A DNA stretch of 63,614 nt, counting the filler, from Octopus bimaculoides (Eukaryota), in assembly GCF_001194135.2 (NCBI RefSeq). It is 5 parts of 5 records of this genome, joined end to end, with 100 filler letters (N's around TTAATTAATTAA, not from the genome) between each part and the next. Parts side by side here need not be neighbours in the genome. Positions count along the whole stretch, not along the records: positions 17,879 to 49,419 come from NC_068990.1; 4 more parts are not named here. One strand, 5' to 3'. This document shows, one piece after another, positions 23,291 to 35,369 of the stretch. The notes below the pieces were generated by a model. The model searched no databases. It worked only from the letters and a program-made list of their open reading frames with translations, and was not told the origin of the DNA. The translations under genes and the position numbers were made by a program. Every line of letters starts with the position of its first letter. Within the stretch, counting starts at the first letter, position 1.

Positions 23291-23482
23291 TCTTTCTTCC
23301 TGCTAGCTAAAATTAAAAGGTGTGTGTGCATGTGTGTGGTGGGGGGAGCAGGAAGGAATGTGTGTGCATGTGTGTCTATGTGTGAATGTAAATATGTGTA
23401 TATGTATATATGTATACATACATATACATGTGTATATATATGCATATATATGTACGTGTGTGTGTGTATATACATACATACA

Positions 23483-23516
<34 letters not shown>

Positions 23517-23520
23517 CAGC

Positions 23521-23680
23521 ACAGGCATGGCTGTGACATAAGAAGTTTGCTTCCCAACCATATGATTCCTAATTCAGTCCCTCTGCTTGGCACCTTAAGC
23601 AAGTGTATCCTACCATAGCCTTGGGTCAACCAAAGCCTTGTGAGTGGATTTAGTAGATGGAAACTGAAAGAAGCCCATCA
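23521..23680 (+). mobile_element. SINE family A head, CpG-eroded
   Basis: Matches family A with systematic CG to TG/CA changes. Confidence 0.75.
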
Positions 23681-23896
23681 GGCGTGTGGGTGAGGATGTA
23701 TACAGTAAGAGCCACAGATGAGAATTAAGATGCTCTGCATCAAAATTCGAAATCATCAGTGATCTGGCTATCTCCTAGGGAACATATTTCCTTTGTCAGT
23801 CATTAAGATAGTGCATTTGTGGCTATTGTGTTGTTTTGACTCTTATTTCTAGTAATGTCAGTACCACTTAGTACCCTCTGTCACTTTAGTGATGCC

Positions 23897-23942
<46 letters not shown>

Positions 23943-25318
23943 NNNNNNNNNNNNNNNNNNNNNNNNNNNNNNNNNNNNNNNNNNNNNNNNNNNNNNNNNN
24001 NNNNNNNNNNNNNNNNNNNNNNNNNNNNNNNNNNNNNNNNNNNNNNNNNNNNNNNNNNNNNNNNNNNNNNNNNNNNNNNNNNNNNNNNNNNNNNNNNNNN
24101 NNNNNNNNNNNNNNNNNNNNNNNNNNNNNNNNNNNNNNNNNNNNNNNNNNNNNNNNNNNNNNNNNNNNNNNNNNNNNNNNNNNNNNNNNNNNNNNNNNNN
24201 NNNNNNNNNNNNNNNNNNNNNNNNNNNNNNNNNNNNNNNNNNNNNNNNNNNNNNNNNNNNNNNNNNNNNNNNNNNNNNNNNNNNNNNNNNNNNNNNNNNN
24301 NNNNNNNNNNNNNNNNNNNNNNNNNNNNNNNNNNNNNNNNNNNNNNNNNNNNNNNNNNNNNNNNNNNNNNNNNNNNNNNNNNNNNNNNNNNNNNNNNNNN
24401 NNNNNNNNNNNNNNNNNNNNNNNNNNNNNNNNNNNNNNNNNNNNNNNNNNNNNNNNNNNNNNNNNNNNNNNNNNNNNNNNNNNNNNNNNNNNNNNNNNNN
24501 NNNNNNNNNNNNNNNNNNNNNNNNNNNNNNNNNNNNNNNNNNNNNNNNNNNNNNNNNNNNNNNNNNNNNNNNNNNNNNNNNNNNNNNNNNNNNNNNNNNN
24601 NNNNNNNNNNNNNNNNNNNNNNNNNNNNNNNNNNNNNNNNNNNNNNNNNNNNNNNNNNNNNNNNNNNNNNNNNNNNNNNNNNNNNNNNNNNNNNNNNNNN
24701 NNNNNNNNNNNNNNNNNNNNNNNNNNNNNNNNNNNNNNNNNNNNNNNNNNNNNNNNNNNNNNNNNNNNNNNNNNNNNNNNNNNNNNNNNNNNNNNNNNNN
24801 NNNNNNNNNNNNNNNNNNCCGAGCTGTGTGTTTCACCCACATATAACAAGAAAACTTGTCACACACCATGCTCCAACAAACCACTCTACATCTCTTCTCT
24901 TCCTCACATTTCCTCCTCCATACACTATTCCTACCTCTCACTTTCCAATCCTTTCCTCACGGCCCTATTTCTCTGTATCATTGCTATCCAGCAGCCCCCA
25001 CCCAACTCCATACATACCCAGGTTTTCACCACTCACTTTCCCACCTCTCTGCACTCTCTAATCCCGTCCTTTGGTAATATCCTGCCACTTGTATTATGAC
25101 CTTTGAACCTCAAGGGTATGTCCTGGACTTGCCACCATCTATATCTCTCTCTTCCTTTACCCAACCATCCCATTTATATTCTGATCTCCGTCCATTGGGA
25201 GTATGCCCGGCAAACAATTCAAAATTATTTACGAATATATCAGTGGCCAGAACACACAATCAAAACAATTTTTTTCATAAAAAAAGAGTGTATAAATGTA
25301 AATAAATCACAATTATAA

Positions 25319-25623
25319 CAGAAATTAACACAAAAAAAAACATACCTTGAGGCTTAACATGTGTCCCAACTGGTAAGAATAATGTATCAACATCTATCTA
25401 CACAATTCAAATTCTGTATTCAAACATCATGCACAGCATTTATAAGAGACCAGTTTAAATAAGCCACAGCGAAAAACTGGATACAAGTGAAAATAAATAA
25501 TAATAACTGGATATGAGTCAAAATAAATAATTGTGCAGAAAGACATTGACACATTATTCTTGCCAGTCAGGACTCATGTTAAGCCTCAAGGTATGTTTTT
25601 GTTTTTTTTTGTGCCAATTTCTG
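25319..25623. mobile_element. Foldback/MITE-like element with ~75-bp imperfect terminal inverted repeats
   Basis: AAAAACATACCTTGAGGCTTAACATG...GAATAATGTATCAACATC (25319-25394) pairs with the reverse complement of 25542-25623. There is an internal direct repeat AACTGGATA...AAAATAAATAAT. Confidence 0.75.
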
Positions 25624-25789
25624 TGTACAGGAATGTTCTCCTGACGAGAAAAATGGATTCACTTTTGATTCATAACTTCGAAATTGCAATAAAGGACTAA
25701 CCTTTTATTTTATTTAAGCTTTGAATTTTAAGGTTGAGGAGGTATAACATGAGTGCTTATAGTGGCTTTATAGCAAAGTTTATTGTCCA

Positions 25790-27427
25790 ATGAATGAAGG
25801 GTACTCATAAGTGGGCTGGTTATGCAGCACTGGCATAGGCCACGGGTTATGGTCTCACTTGGCTTGTCAGGTCTTCTCAAGCATAACATATCTCCAAAGG
25901 TCTCGGTTACTAGTCATTGCCTCAGTGAGGCCCAATTTTCAAAGGCCATGCTTCACCACTTCATCCCAGGTCTTCCTGGATCTACCTCTTCCACAGGTTC
26001 CCTCAACTGCTAGGGTGTGACACCTTTCACACAGCTCTCCTCATCCATTTGCAACACATGACCATGCCACTGCAGTCGTCTCTCTTGCACACCACATCTG
26101 ATGCTTCTTAAGTCCAACTTTTCTCTCAGGGCGCTTACACTCTGTCGTATATACACACTGACATTACACATCCAGCGGAGCATACTGGCTTCATTCCTTG
26201 CAAGCTTACACATGTCCTCAGCAGTCACGGCACATGCTTCACAGCCATGTAGCATGGCATACACATGCAGCATACAGTCTACCTTTTACTCTGAGTGAGA
26301 GGTCCTTTGTCACCAGCAGAGGTAAGATCTCTCTGAACTTTGCCCAGGCCATTCTTATTCTAGCAGCTACACTTTCAGAGCATCCACTCCCGCTACTGAC
26401 TTGGTCACCTAGGTAATGGAAGCTATCAACTATTTGTAGTTTTTCTCCCTGGAATGTGACAGAAGCTGTTCTCTGCACATTTTCAATGTTTATTGCTCCT
26501 GAGCATTTGCCACATACAAAAACTATCTTCCCAGTTAGCTTCCTTTAATATTGATGCACCTCTTATGTGTCCATAACTTACACTGGGTACATTTTATGGA
26601 GTTTCTACCTATGCCTTTTCTACAGATTGAGTAGCGCCATCTACCTGAAGGGATTTGTGGTTTGTCTGCCTTCCTACTTATTAAGACTTTAGTTTTAGCT
26701 AGATTGACTCTAAGGCCCTTCGATTCTAATCCTTGCTTCCACATCTGAAACTTTTCCTCTAGTTCTGATAGTGACTCAGTAATTAGAACAAGGTCATCAG
26801 TATAGAGGAGCTCTCAAGGGTATCCTGTCTTGAATTCCTCTGTTATTGCCTGGAGGACTATGATGAATAAGAGGGGGCTGAGGACTGATCCTTGATGGAC
26901 CCCTACCCCTACTCAGAATTTTTCACTGTACTCATTGCCAACCCTCACCTTACTGACAACATCCCTGTACACGTCTTGCACAACTCTCACTAACCATTCA
27001 TCTGACTCTCTCCCTAATTAGTTGGGCTATGACCCTCTTCATTACCTGATCCAACAACTTGATACATCTGTAATTATTTGTTTCTAAAGCATCACCTTTA
27101 CCTTTGTAGCAGTTGACTATGGTGCTGCTGCACCAGTCATTGGGTACGACTCTTTCATGTATCACCTGGTTAACTATACAGGTGACTAGGCTATAGCCAA
27201 CACCGCCAGACATTTTTAGCATCTCTGCGGTGATTCCTGATGGGCCGGGGGCTTTCCCTGTCTTCATACCCTTAATTGCTTTATCTACCAAGGTACTGTC
27301 AATTCGGATAGCTGGTCCCTCTGTTGGGTCAGTATTCAGTAGACTCTCTTTCTCCCATATATATTCATATATATTTCGTTTTGGGATTTGGTTTGCAAGA
27401 TTTTTTATGTGATTTCGTGTGTTGAAG
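25790..27427 (-). mobile_element. RTE-clade non-LTR retrotransposon, RT-containing and decayed
   Basis: GKAPGPSG...DW..STIV..YKGKGDAL..NNYR.IKLL, GVHQGSVLSPLLFIIV, YTDDL, GLRVNLAKTK, YLG and RRLQWHGHV; stops and frameshifts present. Confidence 0.9.
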
Positions 27428-27642
27428 TATATTCTGTTGTGTCTGGGGAGAGTCATTTTCTTATTGTGCCTTAAAATTTAACACACTCACCGTTAAAATT
27501 TCCATTTATTTTTCTTTTTATTTTCCTAAAATTTTCATTGCATCTTGCAACCTTATCAATAGTAAATAAATAACGGACAGTCAAGATTATTGATAGGGTT
27601 GCAAGACGCAACGAAAATGACTCCCCAGACACAACAGAATAT
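27428..27642. mobile_element. MITE with ~30-bp TIRs abutting the RTE fragment
   Basis: ATATTCTGTTGTGTCTGGGGAGAGTCATTTTC (27429-27460) versus GAAAATGACTCCCCAGACACAACAGAATAT (27613-27642), differing by a 2-nt indel. Confidence 0.8.
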
Positions 27643-27989
27643 TCATATATATATCTATATCTATATATATNNNNNNNNNNNNNNNNNNNNNNNNNNNNNN
27701 NNNNNNNNNNNNNNNNNNNNNNNNNNNNNNNNNNNNNNNNNNNNNNNNNNNNNNNNNNNNNNNNNNNNNNNNNNNNNNNNNNNNNNNNNNNNNNNNNNNN
27801 NNNNNNNNNNNNNNNNNNNNNNNNNNNNNNNNNNNNNNNNNNNNNNNNNNNNNNNNNNNNNNNNNNNNNNNNNNNNNNNNNNNNNNNNNNNNNNNNNNNN
27901 NNNNNNNNNNNNNNNNNNNNNNNNNNNNNNNNNNNNNNATATGTGTGTGAGTGTGTGTGTATGTGCATGCGTGTATGCATGTATTTATG

Positions 27990-28046
<57 letters not shown>

Positions 28047-28679
28047 GACAGATAAATCTACACCACCACAGTTCCTAAATATATTCACACCAATACCTAT
28101 ATATATATAGCAGTTGCTCAGTCAATATTACACACAAAACTGGCAACAACATTGATTCCATTCAATTATGATGCAATTTCTTTCCTTTGTTTACTCGCTT
28201 TTATTTCAAAGATAGCTTTCGTCTTGATTTTTCAGTATTTGGCTGGCTGAAGACTGCGCAATCACGATAATAGGAATGATAAGATGGCAGATGAAGCTAC
28301 ATTACCAAACATACATTAATGGTTGTCTGTTAATACTGAGGTTATGATGGCAACTCACCATTATCTAAACAGTCAAGAGCTGAATTTTTATATATTTATT
28401 TTATTTTATGTTGCATTTCAGAAACAGTTGTATCATTAGTTATAGGTTTCCACAAAACATGAGTAATAAGGGATTATCTGTGAAACTTGGGTTGAACAAA
28501 TACTACACAGGGTATTTTTTTTATTTGAGCCCATCAGTGTTTCAGTTGACTTGTAAGGTGATGGATACAGTTATTCTCAGTTACCTTCCCTAATACCTAT
28601 TCTGTCTAATCTAATGCTTATTTATTCACAATATTTTGAATTATTCATGCATTATCTTTTTTTGCTGAGATTTTGATGA

Positions 28680-28990
28680 TGTGCATGTATATTTTTAGTA
28701 TGACATGTCCTCTATCTCCTGTTTGATCAACCTTCACTCTCATTCAATGCAGCAACTGTGAGCTGGAAGAGACCTCATAGCAGGCTCTACACCAGATGGC
28801 TCGACATGATTGGGGAAGATCTCCAGAGGCTTGACATTGCCTTGGAGGATGCAGAGGAACTGGCAAGAAAGTGCCAGTGATGGAGAGGATTGGTGGACCT
28901 GGTCAGCTCTACACATGATGACACCTCTGGGACCACTAACTTGGAATGACCCCAGCCCCTTCAAGCAAAAGCATGAAGCCAGAAGCCAAG
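28680..28990 (+). mobile_element. RTE-like LINE C-terminal fragment (different subfamily)
   Basis: WKRPHSRLYTRWLDMIGEDLQRLDIALEDAEELA resembles WKRPRGRP..RW.D.I..DL......DA..LA. Confidence 0.6.
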
Positions 28991-30402
28991 TCATAGGGTA
29001 GGTGTGAGAGGCTGAATACAGCCAGTCTGTACATAAAACTGGTATGATATTTGGGCCAGATATGGCTGGTTTAAATGCTGAAAGGTTAAGCTTCTTTTCA
29101 GACTGCACCATCACAGCAATTGTTATGGAGGCTTCTTTTCATCTATTCACATTCTATAAACACAGGTGTACCATAAGGTTTGGTTATGTTCATCACATGC
29201 TTCCATATTAATCACCTCCACTTGCTGTCACCTCCAACAACTCTCGTTCATGTGCACATAATAACACACTACACCAATCATTGGAAAACTATGAGATGTG
29301 GGACTTTCTAAATGGCATGCTGAACAGAAAATAACCTTGAATTTTTTTTAGTAATGTGGCCCACCTGATGATGGGCCATATCTCATGTGACTCCACATAC
29401 AACCCAGACACACACCACAAACTTACATCATCTCCATATCAGAGCCATTTCCCAATAAGAACGCAGCTAATAAACAATACCCCCCACCTCAACAAACTTA
29501 TGGTTTTGTGTCCTTTCTTAGAAATCATTGTTGTATCATCCAGGACAAAGCTAAATTCAAGCTTGTATCTATAAACACTCTTGACCACTATTTAATTATC
29601 TAATTTAGTTTATTGACCAAGGTATTAATGCATTGCCTTCAAATTTACTGCATCAACTTTCATCATCATCATCATCATCATCATTATTACTATTATTATT
29701 ATTTGTATTTCTAGATTGGGAAAATTGGTTTTGGCAAAATAATATATATGCATATCATTGAAGAAAGTGTTTTTTGTTGTTTTTACAGTTAGACTTCCTA
29801 TTGCTAACCAGTCAATAAAGCTCAACAGCAGTGGCAGCAGCAGTAACAACATCAAAATTTAATGTCCCTGTTCCATGCTGGCATGGGTTGGACATTTTGA
29901 CAGGATCTAATGAATTAATTGAGTTCATATAATTGTAATTCGTAGTCAAACAGATCTATGCTTTTGCATATATAAGATAACCTTGTCTATTGTGACTTCA
30001 CTTTTTTAAGATGACGTAGGCTGATTTGAGAGAATTTGATTGCTGTTTCCTACAGGTTGATCCACCAGACTACAGTAATGCAGTGTAACAAAGTTTGATT
30101 TGATGGTCGTGTGATCAATACTTAACATTTTGTTTATTGAATGGGAAAATGTTTGAATGAAATTTGGAAACAATTTGGTGAGCTGACAGAACCTTTAGAA
30201 CATCAGTACTTTCTGAATTCATATTTCACCAAGGTCAACTTTGCCTTTCTTCCTTTCAGAGGCTATGAAACAAGTACCGGTCAAGCACTGAGGACATTAG
30301 AATCAATTATTCCCCTTCTAAAAACTGCTGGTCGTGTGCCAAAATAGGAAATTATTATTATTATTACTATTATTATTGTTGTTGTTGTTGTTGTTGTTAT
30401 TA

Positions 30403-30697
30403 TTCTCTTTTTGTTTCAGTCATTTGACTGCGGCCATGCTGGAGCACCGCCTTTTTAGTCGAGCAAATCGACCCCAGGCCTTACTCTTTGTAAGCCTAGT
30501 ACTTATTCTATCGGTTTCTTTTGCCGAACCATTAAGTTACGGGGGACGTAAACACACCATCATCGGTTGTCAAGCGATGTTGGGGGTACAAACACAGACA
30601 CACAAACATATACACACACATACATATATATATATACACATATATACGACAGGCTCCTTTCAGTTTCCGTCTACCAAATCCACTCACGAGGATTTGG
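30403..30697 (-). mobile_element. SINE family A, young copy with CpGs intact
   Basis: Matches family A; runs into a gap. Confidence 0.85.
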
Positions 30698-30901
30698 NNN
30701 NNNNNNNNNNNNNNNNNNNNNNNNNNNNNNNNNNNNNNNNNNNNNNNNNNNNNNNNNNNNNNNNNNNNNNNNNNNNNNNNNNNNNNNNNNNNNNNNNNNN
30801 NNNNNNNNNNNNNNNNNNNNNNNNNNNNNNNNNNNNNNNNNNNNNNNNNNTTGCTTGGGGAGGGGAAGTAGCAAAATATCTTCATGTAATACAACACAGA
30901 C

Positions 30902-30978
<77 letters not shown>

Positions 30979-30979
30979 T

Positions 30980-32580
30980 TTTGTAACACAGTGTAGGTAA
31001 AAATGTACCATAGTCTTTAGTCATCTGTCAAGTCACAACAAGGACCTCAGACAGATAATACTTTCCTTAAGATGTGTGCTGTGCCCAATAAGGTTGCTTT
31101 TGGCAAGACCTCAATCTTGCATGTGATTTCCAGTTGCTTTATGAAGTTTTGAAGTTTCAATGGGATTGAGCCCAATGCTCCACTCACCACTGGTATCACT
31201 TTTACATTACCCTCTCACATTCCATAGTCTTGCCATTTCCACTTTCAATTCAGAGTACTTGGTGATTTTTTCAACCTCTTTACTCACAACATTCATGTCA
31301 TTTCGTATGGCTACATCAATGATCTGACAGTATTTGTCTCTCTTACTCAATATGACAATATCTGGCCAATGGTTTTTGATTACACAATCCATCTGAAAAT
31401 TATAGTCCCAGAGTATCATTAGTTTTCCATCCTTCCACATAACTTCACTTGGTACATGCTCATACTAGTTCACCATTACTTCATATTGGTATTTATGGCA
31501 TAAGAGCCAATGAAGATACACACATTTTATCGTGGTGGTGTTTGTATTCTTTTTGTGCAAGGCTCTCATATTCACTTACCAAGTGGATCACATTTTCCAC
31601 ACTCTTTCCATGGAGTTTGCATTTCTGGGTGTCAGAAGTTTTATTGATGTTATACTTCACTCAATTGGTAGCGAAAGCCTGGTCTTGTACAGCAATGATC
31701 AGACTTTTGGTGGTACTCTTCAAATTGTCCATGCATTCTCATTTCAAGGTCTTCTTCTCTCTTCTCTGGTTAAACTCTTCCTTGCCCATTGTTTCATCTG
31801 CATTTACACCCATATCTTTCATGGCATATTGCAGCAGGTCTTCATCACTATTTATCAAATACTCGGCAAGCATTTTCCATTCACTCCTTTTGCAATGGTC
31901 TATACTAATTAGTCTTCTGCCACCATTCTTTCTTTTCATATAATGTCTGTTTACGTTTGCTTTAGGGTGTAGCACTTCATGCAACATCATCAACTTTCTC
32001 ATCCTTCTATCCAGTGTTGATATTTCCTCCTTAGTCCATTTGAGGATGGACACACTATATCTGACCACCGCAACTGCCCAGATATTCATTGAGGTAATCA
32101 AATTTTAGGCATTCAGGTTAGATTTCAACACCATCTTCACCCTTTTTTGATATACCTCACTGACCTTGACATTCAATTCTCTGTGTAGAATGTCAGCCAG
32201 CTCCAAAATCCCTAAATATCTATGCCCACTACCATCAAGTTCACTCATGGTCTCTCCTGATGGTAACCGCAATCCTCTGCAGGATGCTTTCTTCTCTCTT
32301 TTCATATTAAGTACTGAGCATTTGGTAATCCCAAATTTCATACCGATGTCCCTACCATACTTCTGGACTGTTTTGCTTAAAGAATCTATCTGTTTTTCAG
32401 ATTTTTCAAACAATTTCAGGTCATCCATAAGCAGAAGCTGGTTCAATGATGAGCCTTTATTCCCACATCGGTAACCCATCTTAACTTTCCTAAGTGTCAT
32501 TGTTATGGGTATTAGTGCAATTACAAAAAGTAATGGAGAAAACGAGTTACCTTGGAAGATACCCTTTTAATATTAACTTC
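30980..32580 (-). mobile_element. R4/Dong-like non-LTR retrotransposon (RT plus restriction-like endonuclease), 5'-truncated and decayed
   Basis: IFQGNSFSPLLFVIAL, LLMDDLKLF, GMKFGITKC, YLG, and the RLE motif PDIVI..K....QIIDVAI..D.N...KE.EKI.KY. A (TAA)n run follows the 3' end. Confidence 0.85.
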
Positions 32581-32661
32581 TGCAAGGAATACATTACTTG
32601 AGTACAATTTGGTTTTCCACTTTTTCATTATTATTATTGTTGTTGTTGTTGTTACTATTAT

Positions 32662-33318
32662 AAAGGCAGAATCATTAGCACACAGGGCAAAATGTTTAGC
32701 AACATTTCATCCATCTCTAGGTTCTGGTTTCAAATACTGCCAGAGTTGACTTTGCCTTTCATCCTTACTGAGTCAATAAAATAAGTATCAGTTGAGCACT
32801 GAGATCAATATAATCAACTTAACACCCCCTCCGAAAATTGCTAGCCTTTTGCCATAATTTGAAACTATTGTTGTTGTTGTTATTATTATTATTATTATTA
32901 GTAGTAGTAGTAGTAGTAGTAGTAGTTGTAGTATCATTATTACTATTATTACTAGTGGTATTTTGTCTGCCACTACATTCTGAGTTCAAATTCTGTCAAG
33001 GTCAACTTTGCCTTTCATCTTTCCGGGGTCGATAAATTAAGTACCAGTTGAGTAACAGGGCCAATGTAATCGACTTAACCCCTCCTCCAAAATTTCAGGC
33101 CTTGTACCTATAGTAGAAAGGATCATTATTATTTTTTATTTATTTATTTTTTGTTATTACATCTGTCTTTACATTCTGAGTTCAAATTCCACGTGGGTTA
33201 ACTTTGCCTTTCATCCTTTCAGGGTCAATAAAATAAGTGCCAGTTGAGCATTGAGGTTGATGCAACTGACTAACCCCTTCCCCCAAATTTAGGGCCTTGT
33301 GCCCATAGTAGAAAGGAT
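32662..33318 (+). mobile_element. Cluster of three family B SINEs (~32662-32866, ~32956-33125, ~33160-33318), each ending in (ATT)n
   Basis: Repeated TTCTGAGTTCAAATT...CTTTGCCTTTCATCCTT...GATAAATTAAGTACCAG...GGCCTTGT.CC.ATAGTAGAAAGGAT. Confidence 0.8.
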
Positions 33319-33336
33319 TATTATTATTATTATAAC

Positions 33337-33393
<57 letters not shown>

Positions 33394-33439
33394 CATCATT
33401 ATTATTATTTATTGTCTTTGCATAGCTTCTAATGCTGGA

Positions 33440-34113
33440 GATGTACTATGGTGCCAGCTTTTCACAACTAGTGAATTAAGGTAACATCCCTTATTTTTCA
33501 AGCACCAGCTGGAATATTCAAGCGGTTCTAAACAGTGCTGTTTTCTGCAAGTGCTTCACCATTATTGCAGCCCCTATGTGTTCCATGTACTTCTCAAGAT
33601 TTTTGCTCACTGTTCCCAGGGCTCTGGCAATTATTGGTACTACTATCACCTTTTTCATCAACCACAACTGCTTAACCTCCCAAGCTAACCTGTTGTTTCT
33701 ATCGACTTTTCTTTCTTCCTTATTGCATACCTTGTTGTCAGCTGGGCATGCTATATCTATGATCCGGCATCGTTTGCATTCTTTCTCAATTAACACTGTC
33801 TGGTTTCCTATTCTCTATCTCATGGTCATACTGAATCATAAAATCCCATAGGATCTTTTCATTATCATTTTCGATGATGCCTTCAGGTTTATATTTGTAT
33901 CACTATCTTGCTCCATCAAGTCCACACTTGTTGCAAAGTCCCAATGGACAATCCTTGCTATATTGTCATGATATCTCTTATATTCTTTCTGGGCTAGTGG
34001 CATACATTGACTGGTAATCTGCCATGCAGTTTCTCCATTTTGTTCACAAATTCTGCACATATCACTTTCTGATGTGTTGTCTATTCTGTATTTGATGTAA
34101 TTGGTTCTTAATG
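33440..34113 (-). mobile_element. R4/Dong-like LINE 3' fragment (CCHC plus RLE)
   Basis: CRICEQNGETAWQITSQC..LAQKEYKRYHDNIARIVHW and CRIIDIACPADNKV..KE..KV. Confidence 0.85.
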
Positions 34114-34626
34114 CNNNNNNNNNNNNNNNNNNNNNNNNNNNNNNNNNNNNNNNNNNNNNNNNNNNNNNNNNNNNNNNNNNNNNNNNNNNNNNNNNNNNNN
34201 NNNNNNNNNNNNNNNNNNNNNNNNNNNNNNNNNNNNNNNNNNNNNNNNNNNNNNNNNNNNNNNNNNNNNNNNNNNNNNNNNNNNNNNNNNNNNNNNNNNN
34301 NNNNNNNNNNNNNNNNNNNNNNNNNNNNNNNNNNNNNNNNNNNNNATCCTACACAAGCCTGACGGTCTTACTTCCAATAATAGTGGTTCTGTAGCACTTT
34401 ACATACCATACTATATTGTTTTCTTCTGCTCTAATGCTGTGTTCGCATCTAATCAGTCCTCTTCCCACTCTTTTTATTATTATTATTATTATTATTGTTC
34501 AGTAGTTTTATTTTTATAACGTGCTTTCACTTCACTACCGAGCGCAGCTCTGTGTGCCTTGGGTATGTGCTGTGGTTTGCTGTGATGCTCCTATGGTTAC
34601 TGTATTGAAAGTGTTTTGCGTAGGAT

Positions 34627-34687
<61 letters not shown>

Positions 34688-35369
34688 ACTTCCAGTTGAA
34701 AGGCTAAAACGTTGGTGGAATCTTGATAGGTATTTTTGTTATCAAAACTACTGTCTTCATTGATATTATTGTTTAAAAGGGAGCATAAGACAATAGTCTT
34801 TGACCCCAGAAAATAAGAACTAAATAATATTTGAGCCTTTTGCCCAAATATTAGTATTTGTGAAATGCTTACATGCTAGCAAGTGAAAAATGGCATGGAG
34901 GGGCATAACTTACTAACGCAAAACAAACCAGCTTGTGACAGCAGAAAAAATCATGGAAATGTAATGTAATTTTTCTTGACACAAGTAACAATTTCTAGGA
35001 CAAAATTAATAATGAATCCAAAAGCACTACAGACTCTATGGACAGTGAGAAAATTAACTGCAAAGAACAAAGAGGTATTGCAACAGAGAAAAGCAACACA
35101 ATGGACACGCAATCACTCAATAATTGAATAGACAACAAAAATGTAACTTGCAGCTCCCAAAACAGAAATAATGTGGAAAATTCCATGATAACTAATAACA
35201 ACACAGAAAATAACAACTCTAACAACACGGAGCAGAGAAGCTTAACAGAAAACAATAACAGAAGGAATAATGACAACAAAAACATCAATGAGAACAACAC
35301 CAATACCAATATCAACACTAGCAACAGAGAGGCAGGTGCTGAAACGAGAGTTGTTTGATGGGCCCGGGT

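Noticed and set aside
29355-29380. GGCCCA-CCTGATGA-TGGGCC as a hammerhead
   Set aside because: There is no stem II followed by GAAA; it is a short chance hairpin.
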